Shown here: one piece after another, positions 37,600 to 47,642 of the stretch
Layout of the letters: each line of letters starts with the position of its first letter
Numbering within the stretch: position 1 is the stretch's first letter
Assembly: GCA_964515605.1 (NCBI GenBank)
Contig: CAZEUB010000028.1
Location: 184 to 64,183, forward strand
Length of the DNA stretch: 64,000 nt
From: an uncultured Sulfurovum sp.
GTDB lineage: Bacteria > Campylobacterota > Campylobacteria > Campylobacterales > Sulfurovaceae
Direction: 5' to 3'
The notes under the pieces: model-generated
What the model was told of the DNA's origin: nothing
The model's input: the letters and a program-made list of their open reading frames with translations, nothing else
Databases searched by the model: none
Translations under genes and position numbers: made by a program

Positions 37600-38674
37600 T
37601 AAAATATCCTTGAGAGAGAAATCGGGGATTTTGAATATACTCCTTAAACATCATCTCGCTCTCCAAAGAGGAGTCCAGACGAATTGTAGCAACACTTCCA
37701 TCCTCCTCTTCCCAACGCTCATGCCAATAGGAGATCGCCTTAAAATCAATGTACTCTCCTGATAAGATTGTCTCAAAAGCACCCTCTAGCCATAACGCCT
37801 TACTCCCCATAGGATGATGATCTGTCACCCCAAACTCCAAAAGAGCTATGGGCTTTTGTGAAGAGATATCCAAGATATCTTCATACCCCTCTTCGAGTAT
37901 CTCATCAAACATTTGCCACTCCTCTTTAGGATTTAATGCCCCATAAAGACTCACCCCAATCCAATCAATATAAGCATCCCCTGGGTAATAGAGCTTGGGC
38001 TTATTCCATGGCAGATTAGGAAAAGAGTGAATATCTGCATGAAAAAACCATGTCACATGTCGCACATCCTCTTCATTGAAGATATCAATAATATGCCGAT
38101 AGGCATCACGATACCGCTCTGCACCATCATAATAGTTGGGATCTCCATAGCCATCTTTGGTCTCTGCACCATTCAATGCCCCACTCCAACCAAACCAATC
38201 TCCATTGGGTTCAACCGCAAAATCTATCAAAAGAGGAATTTGATCCTCCTTTGCCTCTCTTGCCCATACTCTTAAGGCTGAATCAAATTGACCATCGATA
38301 ATCTTTTGAAGTGAAAACTGCTCCTCTTTAATAGACTGCTCTTGAGTGCTTCGAGGCATAAGACGCACAAAAGGAATCGCCCCTGCTTGGTCAATAGCAT
38401 GAATCGCCTCTTTGGGGTAGCTAATACCATTAAACCAATTCTGAGAGAAGTATGCCCATGTGATTTTCTTCTCAATAAGATGCTCAAAATCCTTGATTTT
38501 GGCAACACTTACCTGATCTTCTGAACCACCAAAATCAGGAAAAGCACCAAAATAGATCTCCTCTTTGGTGGGTATCATTAACTTAACCTCCCCATCCTCT
38601 ACAGGATTATTACAAGCAACAAATAGGAGAGGAAGAGAGAGCAAAATAGTGTATAGCTGATGCTTTTTAAACAT
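37592..38674 (-). CDS. GH26-like glycoside hydrolase lipoprotein
   Basis: Lipobox FVA-C; GQFDSALRVWA, FAVEPNGDW (acid/base Glu), YYPGDAYIDWIG, LLEFG (nucleophile Glu). Confidence 0.8.
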   Translation of the reverse strand: MFKKHQLYTILLSLPLLFVACNNPVEDGEVKLMIPTKEEIYFGAFPDFGGSEDQVSVAKIKDFEHLIEKKITWAYFSQNWFNGISYPKEAIHAIDQAGAIPFVRLMPRSTQEQSIKEEQFSLQKIIDGQFDSALRVWAREAKEDQIPLLIDFAVEPNGDWFGWSGALNGAETKDGYGDPNYYDGAERYRDAYRHIIDIFNEEDVRHVTWFFHADIHSFPNLPWNKPKLYYPGDAYIDWIGVSLYGALNPKEEWQMFDEILEEGYEDILDISSQKPIALLEFGVTDHHPMGSKALWLEGAFETILSGEYIDFKAISYWHERWEEEDGSVATIRLDSSLESEMMFKEYIQNPRFLSQGYFSE

Positions 38675-38794
38675 AAGATATCCCCTCCTTTATCTCCTCT
38701 ATAATACCAAAGATCATCTATGTTTATTATTAATTAAGCCTTTTCAGTGTATATATTAAAGTAGCTATAAGATAAATGAAATTTAGGAGTAGAG

Positions 38795-39793
38795 ATGAGG
38801 GCTAAAGCGATAGGTGAGACATTAAGCAGTTTGATAGCAAGTCAAATTCCGACATTTATTTGGGGGAGTCCAGGGATTGGTAAATCTTCTATTGTTAAAC
38901 AGATTGCTATTAAAGAGGGATTGGATTTTATAGATCTTCGTCTCTCGCTACTTGATCCTACAGATCTCAAGGGTATCCCCTTTTTTGATCAGATCAACCA
39001 TCAAGCCCTATGGGCAAGTCCAAATTTTCTTCCTAGTGACTCTCACTCCAAAGGGATTTTGTTTCTTGATGAGATTAATACTGCACCCCCTTCAGTACAG
39101 GCATCTGCCTATCAGTTAATATTGGATCGTAGAGTAGGGGATTATCAACTCCCCAAGGGGTGGAGCATTATCGCCGCAGGAAATAATGAGAGTGATCGAG
39201 GTGTAACCTATCGTATGCCACCCCCTTTGGCAAACCGTTTTGTACATCTGGATATGGAGGTAAATTTTGAGGATTGGAAGATATGGGCATATCAAGAAAA
39301 TATTGATAGCTCACTAATCGCATTTTTGCATCATGATCCTAGTCGACTTTTTGATTTTGATCCCTCTAAAAACCAAAAATCTTTTCCTACCCCTCGATCA
39401 TGGGAGTATGTCGATCGTATCCTAAAATCGAGAGTAGATCCCCTGCTTTTGATGGATACAATTTCAGGAGCTGTAGGGAGTGAGAGTGCTACAGCCTTTC
39501 TAGCATTTAGAAGAGTAATGGATCGATTACCCAATATCCAAGAACTTCTAGCGGGAGAGAGTGTGGAGGTAATACATGACTCTCAAGTCCTTTTTGCTTT
39601 GATAGCAGGTATTGTTGCACAGTTACGCCAAGGAGATCCTGATCAGATTGATCATGCACTTCGCTTCTCACTTACTCTTCCCAAGGAGTTTTCTGTGATG
39701 TTGGTTAAGGATATGCAACAAAATGGACTCAATGTTGAGAGATCCAAAGTGTGGGAGGAGTGGGTTGAATCTTTTGCTTATCTACTGGTATAG
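38795..39793 (+). CDS. MoxR-like AAA+ ATPase
   Basis: Walker A GSPGIGKS, Walker B LFLDE, AAGN, LANRF, FPTPRSW. Confidence 0.9.
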   Translation: MRAKAIGETLSSLIASQIPTFIWGSPGIGKSSIVKQIAIKEGLDFIDLRLSLLDPTDLKGIPFFDQINHQALWASPNFLPSDSHSKGILFLDEINTAPPSVQASAYQLILDRRVGDYQLPKGWSIIAAGNNESDRGVTYRMPPPLANRFVHLDMEVNFEDWKIWAYQENIDSSLIAFLHHDPSRLFDFDPSKNQKSFPTPRSWEYVDRILKSRVDPLLLMDTISGAVGSESATAFLAFRRVMDRLPNIQELLAGESVEVIHDSQVLFALIAGIVAQLRQGDPDQIDHALRFSLTLPKEFSVMLVKDMQQNGLNVERSKVWEEWVESFAYLLV

Positions 39794-39843
39794 CTCCTCT
39801 ATCATGGTAGATATCACAATAAGCCAAAGGGAGAGAAAATAGT

Positions 39844-40971
39844 ATGAGAGATAACATATCCCACACAACCAAATTAACTCAAGCCAAAAGCAAACTCATG
39901 CTAGAGAGTCCCTATTTTGGAACACTCGTTACCACACTGGGGATAGAGAAAAATAATAATATCGCATCGGTTCGTCCTTTGGGAGATCTCATGGAGTACA
40001 ATGAAGCGTATCTCGAAGCTCTAAGTTTAGAGGAGGTGATGACCATACTTGCTAATATGGCAATGCACCAAGCCCTTTTTCATACAGAGAGAGGTGTTGG
40101 AAAGGTTGGCTCAATTTGGAGTTTGGCAAGTGACTATGCGATTAATGGTCTCCTAATAGAGAATGGTTTTACACTTCCTCCTCTCTCTAATTATAGTTCA
40201 CGATTTGAGCATCTCTATGCAGAGCAGATCTACGCAATACTGTTAGAGGAGTCAAATTTGAGTAGAGAGGAGTTAGAATCAGATACGCAAAAGAGCAGAG
40301 AGATAGATCATAAGAAGATACCTCAGGAGTTATTGAGCCAAGAGGGGTATGAGATGATGATAAGAGAGCTTGGTATCAAGATGGCAAAGCAAAAGACATT
40401 ACCCAAAGGGATTGAGCGTTTTGTAGAGGGAGTTGAGATTGCACAGATCTCATGGAGAGATGAACTCTATCGTTATGTCAATACCCATGCCAAGAGTGAC
40501 TATCGGATCTTCCCTGCAAACAAAAAGCATCTCTATCGAGGGATCGCTCTACCCTCTATTTATGGAGAGGAGTTGAATATTGCTGTAGCAATTGATACCT
40601 CTGCCTCAATAGATGATAGAGTATTACGCCTCTTTTTAGCAGAACTTTATGAGATTATGCAGATTTTTCCACACTATATTATTGAACTTATTGAGTGTGA
40701 TGCCAAGATCCAAAATATACAGAGATTAAGACCATTGGAGCGACTAGAACCTATTTTCAAAGGGGGAGGGGGAACAGATTTTCGTCCTGTTTTTGAGTAT
40801 CTAAAGCAATCCAATGAGGAGATTAAATTTTTAATCTATTTTACCGATGGTAAGGGGAGTTTCCCTGATTATATACCAATGATAGATACTCTATGGGTTA
40901 TGAGTGAAGAGAGTGAAATACCCTTTGGAGAAGTATTGATGATTAGAGATAAGACTACTCCAATGGAATAA
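39844..40971 (+). CDS. DUF2201-type protein: metallopeptidase-like N-domain + VWA domain
   Basis: A.DYAIN motif; MIDAS DTSAS, GGGTDF, FTDG; partner of the upstream AAA ATPase. Confidence 0.85.
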   Translation: MRDNISHTTKLTQAKSKLMLESPYFGTLVTTLGIEKNNNIASVRPLGDLMEYNEAYLEALSLEEVMTILANMAMHQALFHTERGVGKVGSIWSLASDYAINGLLIENGFTLPPLSNYSSRFEHLYAEQIYAILLEESNLSREELESDTQKSREIDHKKIPQELLSQEGYEMMIRELGIKMAKQKTLPKGIERFVEGVEIAQISWRDELYRYVNTHAKSDYRIFPANKKHLYRGIALPSIYGEELNIAVAIDTSASIDDRVLRLFLAELYEIMQIFPHYIIELIECDAKIQNIQRLRPLERLEPIFKGGGGTDFRPVFEYLKQSNEEIKFLIYFTDGKGSFPDYIPMIDTLWVMSEESEIPFGEVLMIRDKTTPME

Positions 40972-40990
40972 ACACCCCTTGGGGTGTTAT
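40971..40990. terminator. Bidirectional terminator hairpin
   Basis: AACACCCC-TT-GGGGTGTT between convergent genes. Confidence 0.7.
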
Positions 40991-40999
40991 AAGAGATGA

Positions 41000-42457
41000 T
41001 TAGAATATACCCAAATCTTTGAGTGTATCCATAGAGAGTCCTGAGACGATAAGACCATTTTTCTTTTGGTAAGCCTCTACAGATTTTTTGGTAGCCTCAT
41101 CAAGTCTACCTGTAACTGGTGTATTAAATCCTGCTTTGGTTAAGGCTCTTTGGATTTTAGAGATGGTCTCAACAGTCATACTTGATTTACAAAGCACAGG
41201 CATCCATTTAACAGATTGATCAGAGACCTTAACTTGCTTACTAACTGTTTTATAAGTTGCAGGAATAACAGTTTTTTGAGTAGTTTCAGGCTTGATAAGT
41301 TTAGTAACCTCTACCGTTTTATAGGTTGCAGGGATAGTAATTGTCTTGGTAGTTGCAGGAGTGGCAATTACATTTTTAGTAATGGTCTTGGTAACTGCTG
41401 GGACAGCAACTTTACAAATAACTGAGCTGGTTCTCTCCATTCCTGGTTTCTCCGCTAAGGAGTTAGACCAAACATATTTTGCATCAGAGACTTTTTCTGT
41501 TTTGGTTACATTTTTGTAAACGGCAGGAATAGTCACTTTTTTGCTAGAAGCAGGAGTTACTAATTCATTAACAGGAACAGTTTTGTATACTGCTGGAATT
41601 TTGATGGTTTTGGTTGTTTCAGGTTTTACGAGAACTTGTTTTGTAACAGTTTTATACTGAGCAGGAATATCAACCAAACACATCATCTCCTCGATTGTAC
41701 AATCTTTATCCTCACACTTTGTCTCTTTCCAAACTTTTTTGGCAGGGGCTACTTTGATTTTTTCTGTTACGGTTTTATACTCGGCAGGTACGGTTACAAT
41801 TTTGGTTGTCTCAGGTGTTACAAGAACCTTTTTGCTTCCTGTTTTAAATGTTGCTGGTTTAGAGATAATTTGAGTAGTTGCTGCTCTCTCTAATACCTTT
41901 TCCGTAGTTGTTTTGTATTGTGGTGCTACATAAAATTCATAATAACAGCTACCCACTTCTGCTTTGTTAAGATCAATTCCACCAGCTTGTGCCGAAGCAA
42001 GAAGTGCTTTCGAAGCAACTCTAGCATCAGGGTTGATACCCACTCTCCACTCTGTATAGGCAGGAGAGACAGTGATGGTTTTGGTTACTGTTTTGTAAGT
42101 AGCAGGGACTGTAACAATCTTGGTACTAGCAGGTGTATCTATGATCTTCTCTTTGACTCTTTTATATTGAGCAGGGATAACGGTAAGCTTTTCGCTTTTT
42201 GGTGTTGCCATAATTTTTTCGGTAACGGTTTTGTATTGAGCAGGAATAATAACTTTTCCGTAGCACATTCCTGATTTAGCATTAGGTAGAGTGAATGATC
42301 CATCGTTATCTGTTTTATGGATTGCTTTTGAAGTTGCTTTTTTTGTTTCAGATTTTGGTTTGATATTACTATCAGTATCAGTTAAAGAGTTTATTTGAGT
42401 ACACCCTGTAGTCAAGAGAGCCACGGTAATCGAAAGCATGGTTGCTGTTTTGAACAT
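41000..42457 (-). CDS. Lipoprotein with 23-aa PAxYKTV repeats and a C-terminal peptidoglycan-binding domain
   Basis: Lipobox LTTG-C; about 12 PA(Q/T/E/V)YKTV units; C-terminal IQRAL...GF...TG.LD..TK..V..YQKKNGL (PG_binding_1-like). Confidence 0.8.
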   Translation of the reverse strand: MFKTATMLSITVALLTTGCTQINSLTDTDSNIKPKSETKKATSKAIHKTDNDGSFTLPNAKSGMCYGKVIIPAQYKTVTEKIMATPKSEKLTVIPAQYKRVKEKIIDTPASTKIVTVPATYKTVTKTITVSPAYTEWRVGINPDARVASKALLASAQAGGIDLNKAEVGSCYYEFYVAPQYKTTTEKVLERAATTQIISKPATFKTGSKKVLVTPETTKIVTVPAEYKTVTEKIKVAPAKKVWKETKCEDKDCTIEEMMCLVDIPAQYKTVTKQVLVKPETTKTIKIPAVYKTVPVNELVTPASSKKVTIPAVYKNVTKTEKVSDAKYVWSNSLAEKPGMERTSSVICKVAVPAVTKTITKNVIATPATTKTITIPATYKTVEVTKLIKPETTQKTVIPATYKTVSKQVKVSDQSVKWMPVLCKSSMTVETISKIQRALTKAGFNTPVTGRLDEATKKSVEAYQKKNGLIVSGLSMDTLKDLGIF

Positions 42458-42634
42458 TATAAAAATCCTTTTTTATTCTTTATAGTGTGGAATGATATCT
42501 GAATTTAGATTAATGAAATATTAATAGATATTTATTTTTATTTAAAAATATAATTATTTAATTTAAAAAATTATTAATTGTGAACACATAAATCACTTTC
42601 TCTTTGAAAGTAATAGGTGGGTATAATCCTTGTT

Positions 42635-43774
42635 ATGAAAAATAGAGTGGAAATTATAATTATTGGCGCCGGGGCGAGTGGGCTTTTTTTGGGATCGTTA
42701 TTGGATAAAAAATCATATTTAATATTGGATCATAACCCTAAGATCGGTAGTAAACTATTAATCTCAGGTGGTGGGAAGTGCAATGTGACTAATGGCTTGA
42801 TTAAACCCAAAAACTATCTTGGAGATCAACGTTTTGTGCGTCATATTATTAAGCGTTTTGATCAATATAGGCTCTTGCAATGGCTGCAAGATCGTGGGGT
42901 TTTCCCTGAAGTTAGAAAAAATGACCAATATTTTTGTCAAAACTCTGCTTCTGAGATAGTAGATCTCTTTGCCAATGAGATCTCTTCTTCCTCTATAAAG
43001 CTCAATACCCATGTTAAGAGAGTTATAAAACAAGAAGAGTTTTTTGAAGTCCATACCTCAAAAGGAGTTTGGCAATCTCGTTATGTTGTGGTGGCAACAG
43101 GTGGGATAAGTTTCCCTAAGTTAGGAGCAACGCCTATTGGCTATGAGATCGCTCAATCTTTTGGTCATACCATTGTGCCTCTTCGTGCTGGATTGGTAGG
43201 CTTAACCCTACAGCCTGAAGAGTTTTTTTTCAAACAACTCTCAGGTATCTCAACAGAAGTTACCATTACCATTGGAGAGAAAGTATGTCGCGGTTCACTG
43301 CTCTTTGCACACAAAGGAATCACGGGACCTGCTGTCTTGGATGCCTCACTTTATTGGGAGAGAGGAAAGATAACAATAGATTTTTTGCCTCATCTCAATC
43401 TCAAATCACTGCATCAATCCAAAAAGAAGATCTCTAATATCTTAGGTCTACCAAGCCGTTTGAGTAGAGCTTTTTTGGCACATCTCTCTATAGAGGATCG
43501 TATGGCAAATCAACTCTCCAACAGTGAGTGGGAGAGGCTCTCCTTGCTCAAAAACTATACATTTGCTCCTGCGGGTACTTTTGGTTACGCCAAAGCGGAG
43601 GTTACCAAAGGAGGAGTGAGTACAGAGGAGATAGATGCCAGTTCAATGATGAGCAAAAAGGCGGAAAATCTCTATTTCCTAGGTGAGGTTTTGGATGTGA
43701 CAGGTGAGTTGGGTGGATATAACCTTCAGTGGGCATTTTCTACCGCTTTTGTCTGTGCAAAGGCGATAGAATAA
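42635..43774 (+). CDS. HI0933/YhiN/BaiN family flavoprotein
   Basis: GAGASG, KLLISGGGKCNVTN, VTKGGV, GEVLDVTGELGGYNLQWA. Confidence 0.92.
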   Translation: MKNRVEIIIIGAGASGLFLGSLLDKKSYLILDHNPKIGSKLLISGGGKCNVTNGLIKPKNYLGDQRFVRHIIKRFDQYRLLQWLQDRGVFPEVRKNDQYFCQNSASEIVDLFANEISSSSIKLNTHVKRVIKQEEFFEVHTSKGVWQSRYVVVATGGISFPKLGATPIGYEIAQSFGHTIVPLRAGLVGLTLQPEEFFFKQLSGISTEVTITIGEKVCRGSLLFAHKGITGPAVLDASLYWERGKITIDFLPHLNLKSLHQSKKKISNILGLPSRLSRAFLAHLSIEDRMANQLSNSEWERLSLLKNYTFAPAGTFGYAKAEVTKGGVSTEEIDASSMMSKKAENLYFLGEVLDVTGELGGYNLQWAFSTAFVCAKAIE

Positions 43775-43818
43775 TCAAAATTGTGCTAAAATTGTGGAAT
43801 TTCAAATAAAGTAGAGCT

Positions 43819-44547
43819 ATGGCAATAAAAGAGATTATTTACAAAAAAAGATCATTTAAACTAAGTTACGAGATGCTTAATCCTAACGCGAAGAGAGGGA
43901 TATTGATTCTTCATGGTTGGGGTAGTAATAAGGAGATTATGAAACAGGCATTTGGTAAAGAGTTTAAAAATTATCGTCAAACCTATCTTGATCTTCCTGG
44001 TTTTGGAAGAAGTAGCAATGATATGATCTTAACCACTGAGGATTATGCCTTTATTGTCAAACTCTTTATCAAAGCTATAGGCTTGAGCCCTACTATTATT
44101 ATGGGACACTCCTTTGGAGGCAAGGTTGCTACCTTCTTAAATCCTGACTATCTTGTATTGCTCTCTTCTGCGGGGATTAAGACGGTCAAACCATGGTCAG
44201 TAAAGGTAAAGATAGCCACCTTTAAACTATTAAAACCCTTGGGATTTGCTAAGATTCGTGAACTCTTTGTCGCCCCTGATGCCAAAGGGATGAGTCATGA
44301 GATGTATGAGACTTTCAAAAATGTGGTTGATGAAGATTTTGAAGTCCAATTTGCAGGATATAACAAAACTGCTCTACTCTTCTGGGGCAAAGAGGATACC
44401 GCAACACCACTCTATACAGGAGAGAAGATTCATACCCTAATCAAAGATAGCCACCTCTATCCATTAGAGGGGGATCATTTCTTCTTCTTAAGACATGCCA
44501 ATTTTATTGCCAATGAGATTATTGCTAAGGTAGAAGCACCCATATAG
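43819..44547 (+). CDS. Alpha/beta hydrolase
   Basis: LHGWG, DLPGFG, GHSFGG, WG.ED, GDH. Confidence 0.88.
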   Translation: MAIKEIIYKKRSFKLSYEMLNPNAKRGILILHGWGSNKEIMKQAFGKEFKNYRQTYLDLPGFGRSSNDMILTTEDYAFIVKLFIKAIGLSPTIIMGHSFGGKVATFLNPDYLVLLSSAGIKTVKPWSVKVKIATFKLLKPLGFAKIRELFVAPDAKGMSHEMYETFKNVVDEDFEVQFAGYNKTALLFWGKEDTATPLYTGEKIHTLIKDSHLYPLEGDHFFFLRHANFIANEIIAKVEAPI

Positions 44548-44564
44548 TATCTCTCTTATCCCCA

Positions 44565-45101
44565 CTAAAAAGGCTCTTGAGCATTTTTAGAGAAGTAGAG
44601 TTCATCCTTACCAAATCGATCATTCTCAAATATAAGGGCAAACTCCTCCTTATCAATTTTAGGAAACTTTACTTTATAGTAGGTACTCCAGTTATCTACC
44701 ATGGGCATCTCGTAGCGTAAGGGATCATCTTTGTCTAGCTCTTTGACCTCTAATGGCTTCATCCCATTAAGGGTAAGTGAATACCCTTTTTGATCAAAAC
44801 GGTGGCTCTTACTATTACTAATAAAAACCCCCACAAAAAAATACTCCCCTCCACTAACATCCATACAGAAGTTTTTACAGTTTTCATGAGTATAGACAGG
44901 ATTCAAATAGGTAGCTGTCAATAAAGCTTTGGTCTCCAATGAGGCGATAAGTTGTGCTTTGTGCGTATTAATCAAACTGATATGGTAGATATCATCTTTG
45001 GTAAAAAGCTGAGAAAAATTATTAGAATTTTTCTCTATCATACTACACCCTGTTGTTAAAAGTAGGGAGAGAAGGAAATGCTTTGCATAGACTTTTTTCA
45101 T
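44565..45101 (-). CDS. Putative lipoprotein of unknown function
   Basis: Lipobox LTTG-C; AAGGA SD upstream. Confidence 0.7.
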   Translation of the reverse strand: MKKVYAKHFLLSLLLTTGCSMIEKNSNNFSQLFTKDDIYHISLINTHKAQLIASLETKALLTATYLNPVYTHENCKNFCMDVSGGEYFFVGVFISNSKSHRFDQKGYSLTLNGMKPLEVKELDKDDPLRYEMPMVDNWSTYYKVKFPKIDKEEFALIFENDRFGKDELYFSKNAQEPF

Positions 45102-45147
45102 ATAGAATCCTTCTTAATTATATTTTGTCCATTATCTATCTAATCCA

Positions 45148-46497
45148 CTACAGTATATAACGTGTGGTATCTTCATTGTCAACGAGTTTATCCAATTTCT
45201 CTTCAATCAAAGCTCTGTCTACTATTACCTTCTGACCTGCATAACTATCTGCATCAAAAGAGATATCTTCAATAATTCTTTCCATAATGGTATGAAGTCG
45301 TCTCGCTCCAATATCTTCAGTCTTCTCATTGGCAGTGGCAGAGTATTTGGCTATGGCTTGTAAAGCCTCCTCTTCAAATATCAACTCCACCTGCTCCACT
45401 CCAAGCAGTGCGATATACTGCTTGATCAGTGAATTTTTTGGTTCTGTCAAAATACGATAAAGTGCCTCCTCATCCAAGCTATCTAGCTCAACACGCAAAG
45501 GGAAACGCCCTTGGAGTTCAGGGATTAGATCACTAGGTTTGCTTAGATGAAACGCCCCCGCAGCAATAAAGAGAATATGATCGGTCTTGACCATACCAAT
45601 TCGTGTCTGGACATTGGATCCTTCAACAATAGGCAAAAGATCCCGTTGTACTCCCTCTTTGCTAGGATCTTGACGTGAGCTAGAGTTGGCAGGAACAGCA
45701 ATCTTATCAATCTCATCAATAAAGATAATACCCCCCTCTTCAATCTTCTTAATCGCTAGATCTTTGAGTTTCTCCTCATCAAATAGCTCCTCACTCGCCT
45801 CTTGGGCAAGAATTGTTTTTGCCTGTTTGACGGTTACCTCTTTTTTCTTCCCTTTTTTATTAAGTCCACCAATGACTTTGATAATAGACTCTTGGACATT
45901 TGCCATCTCAGGAGGAACATTTCCTCCACTCATCACATCGATAGTAGGTGCAGGCATATCCACCTCTATTTTGAGATGATCAAGCTCACCTTGCTCAAAT
46001 CGTTTTTGCATCTTAGCAAACGAAAGATCATAATCTGCCTGTTTCTGTTCACTCGCACCAGCAGGAAGGGGAGGAAGTAGCTTTTCGATAATTTTATTTT
46101 CGATATAGGCTTCAATCTTCTCTTTGTTAAGATCATTCTGCTCTTCTCTTACAAGATTTAAAGCATTTGCTGCTAGATCACGAATCATTGACTCCACATC
46201 TCGTCCCACAAAGCCAACCTCTGTAAATTTACTCGCTTCAACTTTAACAAATGGCAGACGCATCATGGTAGAGAGACGACGTGCTATCTCTGTTTTACCT
46301 ACACCTGTACTCCCTATCATGAGAATATTCTTAGGCATTACATCACGTTGTAACTCCTCATCTAATTGTAGTCGTCGATAACGATTACGCAGTGCTACTG
46401 CGATGGTCTTTTTGGCATTTTGTTGACCGATAACATATTTATCTAAAAAAGAGACTATCTCTTTTGGGGTTAAGTTTGTTGGAATAACGTTACTCAA
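45148..46497 (-). CDS. hslU: HslUV protease ATPase subunit
   Basis: PKNILMIGSTGVGKTEIARR, FIDEIDK, GVQRDLLP, GARRLHT. Confidence 0.97.
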   Translation of the reverse strand: MSNVIPTNLTPKEIVSFLDKYVIGQQNAKKTIAVALRNRYRRLQLDEELQRDVMPKNILMIGSTGVGKTEIARRLSTMMRLPFVKVEASKFTEVGFVGRDVESMIRDLAANALNLVREEQNDLNKEKIEAYIENKIIEKLLPPLPAGASEQKQADYDLSFAKMQKRFEQGELDHLKIEVDMPAPTIDVMSGGNVPPEMANVQESIIKVIGGLNKKGKKKEVTVKQAKTILAQEASEELFDEEKLKDLAIKKIEEGGIIFIDEIDKIAVPANSSSRQDPSKEGVQRDLLPIVEGSNVQTRIGMVKTDHILFIAAGAFHLSKPSDLIPELQGRFPLRVELDSLDEEALYRILTEPKNSLIKQYIALLGVEQVELIFEEEALQAIAKYSATANEKTEDIGARRLHTIMERIIEDISFDADSYAGQKVIVDRALIEEKLDKLVDNEDTTRYIL

Positions 46498-47028
46498 TTA
46501 AAGCTCCAATAGTTTGATATTTGTGTTGGTATAGATACAGAGTTCACCTGCGATCTTAAGACTCTCTTCTACTAAATCTTTAGCAGAGAGATTTGCATGT
46601 TTATCCAAAGCCCGTGCAGCGGAGATAGCATAATTACCACCACTACCAATAGAGGCGATCTTGCCATCTTCAGGCTCAACCACATCTCCAGTTCCAGTCA
46701 AAATAAAGATATGATCTCTATTGAGTACCAACATCATCGCTTCAAGCTGTCTAAGATGCTTATCTTTTCGCCACATTTTAGAGAACTCTATCACAGATTT
46801 AAGAAGATCTCCTTTTTTCTCATTAAGAATATTCTCAAACATATCAAAGAGATTAAAAGCATCCGCAGTACTACCTGCAAAACCTGCTAGGATCTCCCCT
46901 TTGTAGAGTGAGCGAATTTTTGTGGCATTGCCTTTGAGTATGGTATGACCAAAACTCACCTGACCATCACCACCAATGACGGCATTTTTTTCGCCTTTGT
47001 ATGCCAATATTGTTGTTGCGTGAAACAC
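46498..47028 (-). CDS. hslV: HslUV protease peptidase subunit
   Basis: [24 protein letters not shown]. Confidence 0.97.
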   Translation of the reverse strand: MFHATTILAYKGEKNAVIGGDGQVSFGHTILKGNATKIRSLYKGEILAGFAGSTADAFNLFDMFENILNEKKGDLLKSVIEFSKMWRKDKHLRQLEAMMLVLNRDHIFILTGTGDVVEPEDGKIASIGSGGNYAISAARALDKHANLSAKDLVEESLKIAGELCIYTNTNIKLLEL

Positions 47029-47029
47029 C

Positions 47030-47476
47030 CTACTCTTCTCCTACCACTTCTACCGTTACTGTTGCATGAATCCCATGCCCCAACTTGATATCAACCTTAT
47101 GCTCTCCAACCGTTTTGAGTGCTTTTTTAAGTGCTACTGTTTTTTTATCAATCTCTATATTCATCTGCTCTTTGATTGCTTTAGCGATATCATCTTTGCC
47201 TACAGAGCCTTGAATCCCTGCAGGAGCTAGCTTCTTCTTGATAATTATATTTCTCTTTGCTAACTCTTTTTGCTCTTTGTTGAGACGCGCTAGTCTCTCT
47301 TTTAGCTCTTGCTCTATACGTTCCTGTTCTGCTTTCCACTGAGCAACCACATCAGGAGTTGCCAATTTTGCCATCCCCTTTCCAATCAAAAAGTTCTGAC
47401 CATAACCATCTTTTACCTCTTTGATTTCGCCTTTTTTTCCTAAACTTTTTACATCTTTTATCAATAAGACTTTCAT
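47030..47476 (-). CDS. rplI: 50S ribosomal protein L9
   Basis: [30 protein letters not shown]. Confidence 0.97.
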   Translation of the reverse strand: MKVLLIKDVKSLGKKGEIKEVKDGYGQNFLIGKGMAKLATPDVVAQWKAEQERIEQELKERLARLNKEQKELAKRNIIIKKKLAPAGIQGSVGKDDIAKAIKEQMNIEIDKKTVALKKALKTVGEHKVDIKLGHGIHATVTVEVVGEE

Positions 47477-47642
47477 AATTATCTATCCTTTAGAGTTATC
47501 TATTCTTTTTATTAACAATTTATAATTTTAGCAAGTTTTGTTTAGAGATGGGATATAATAAGAATTAGCACAATATTTATTACTTACTTTTTAACTGTTT
47601 ATGTTATTTATAATTAATAAATATTACTATATAATAGAGGTT

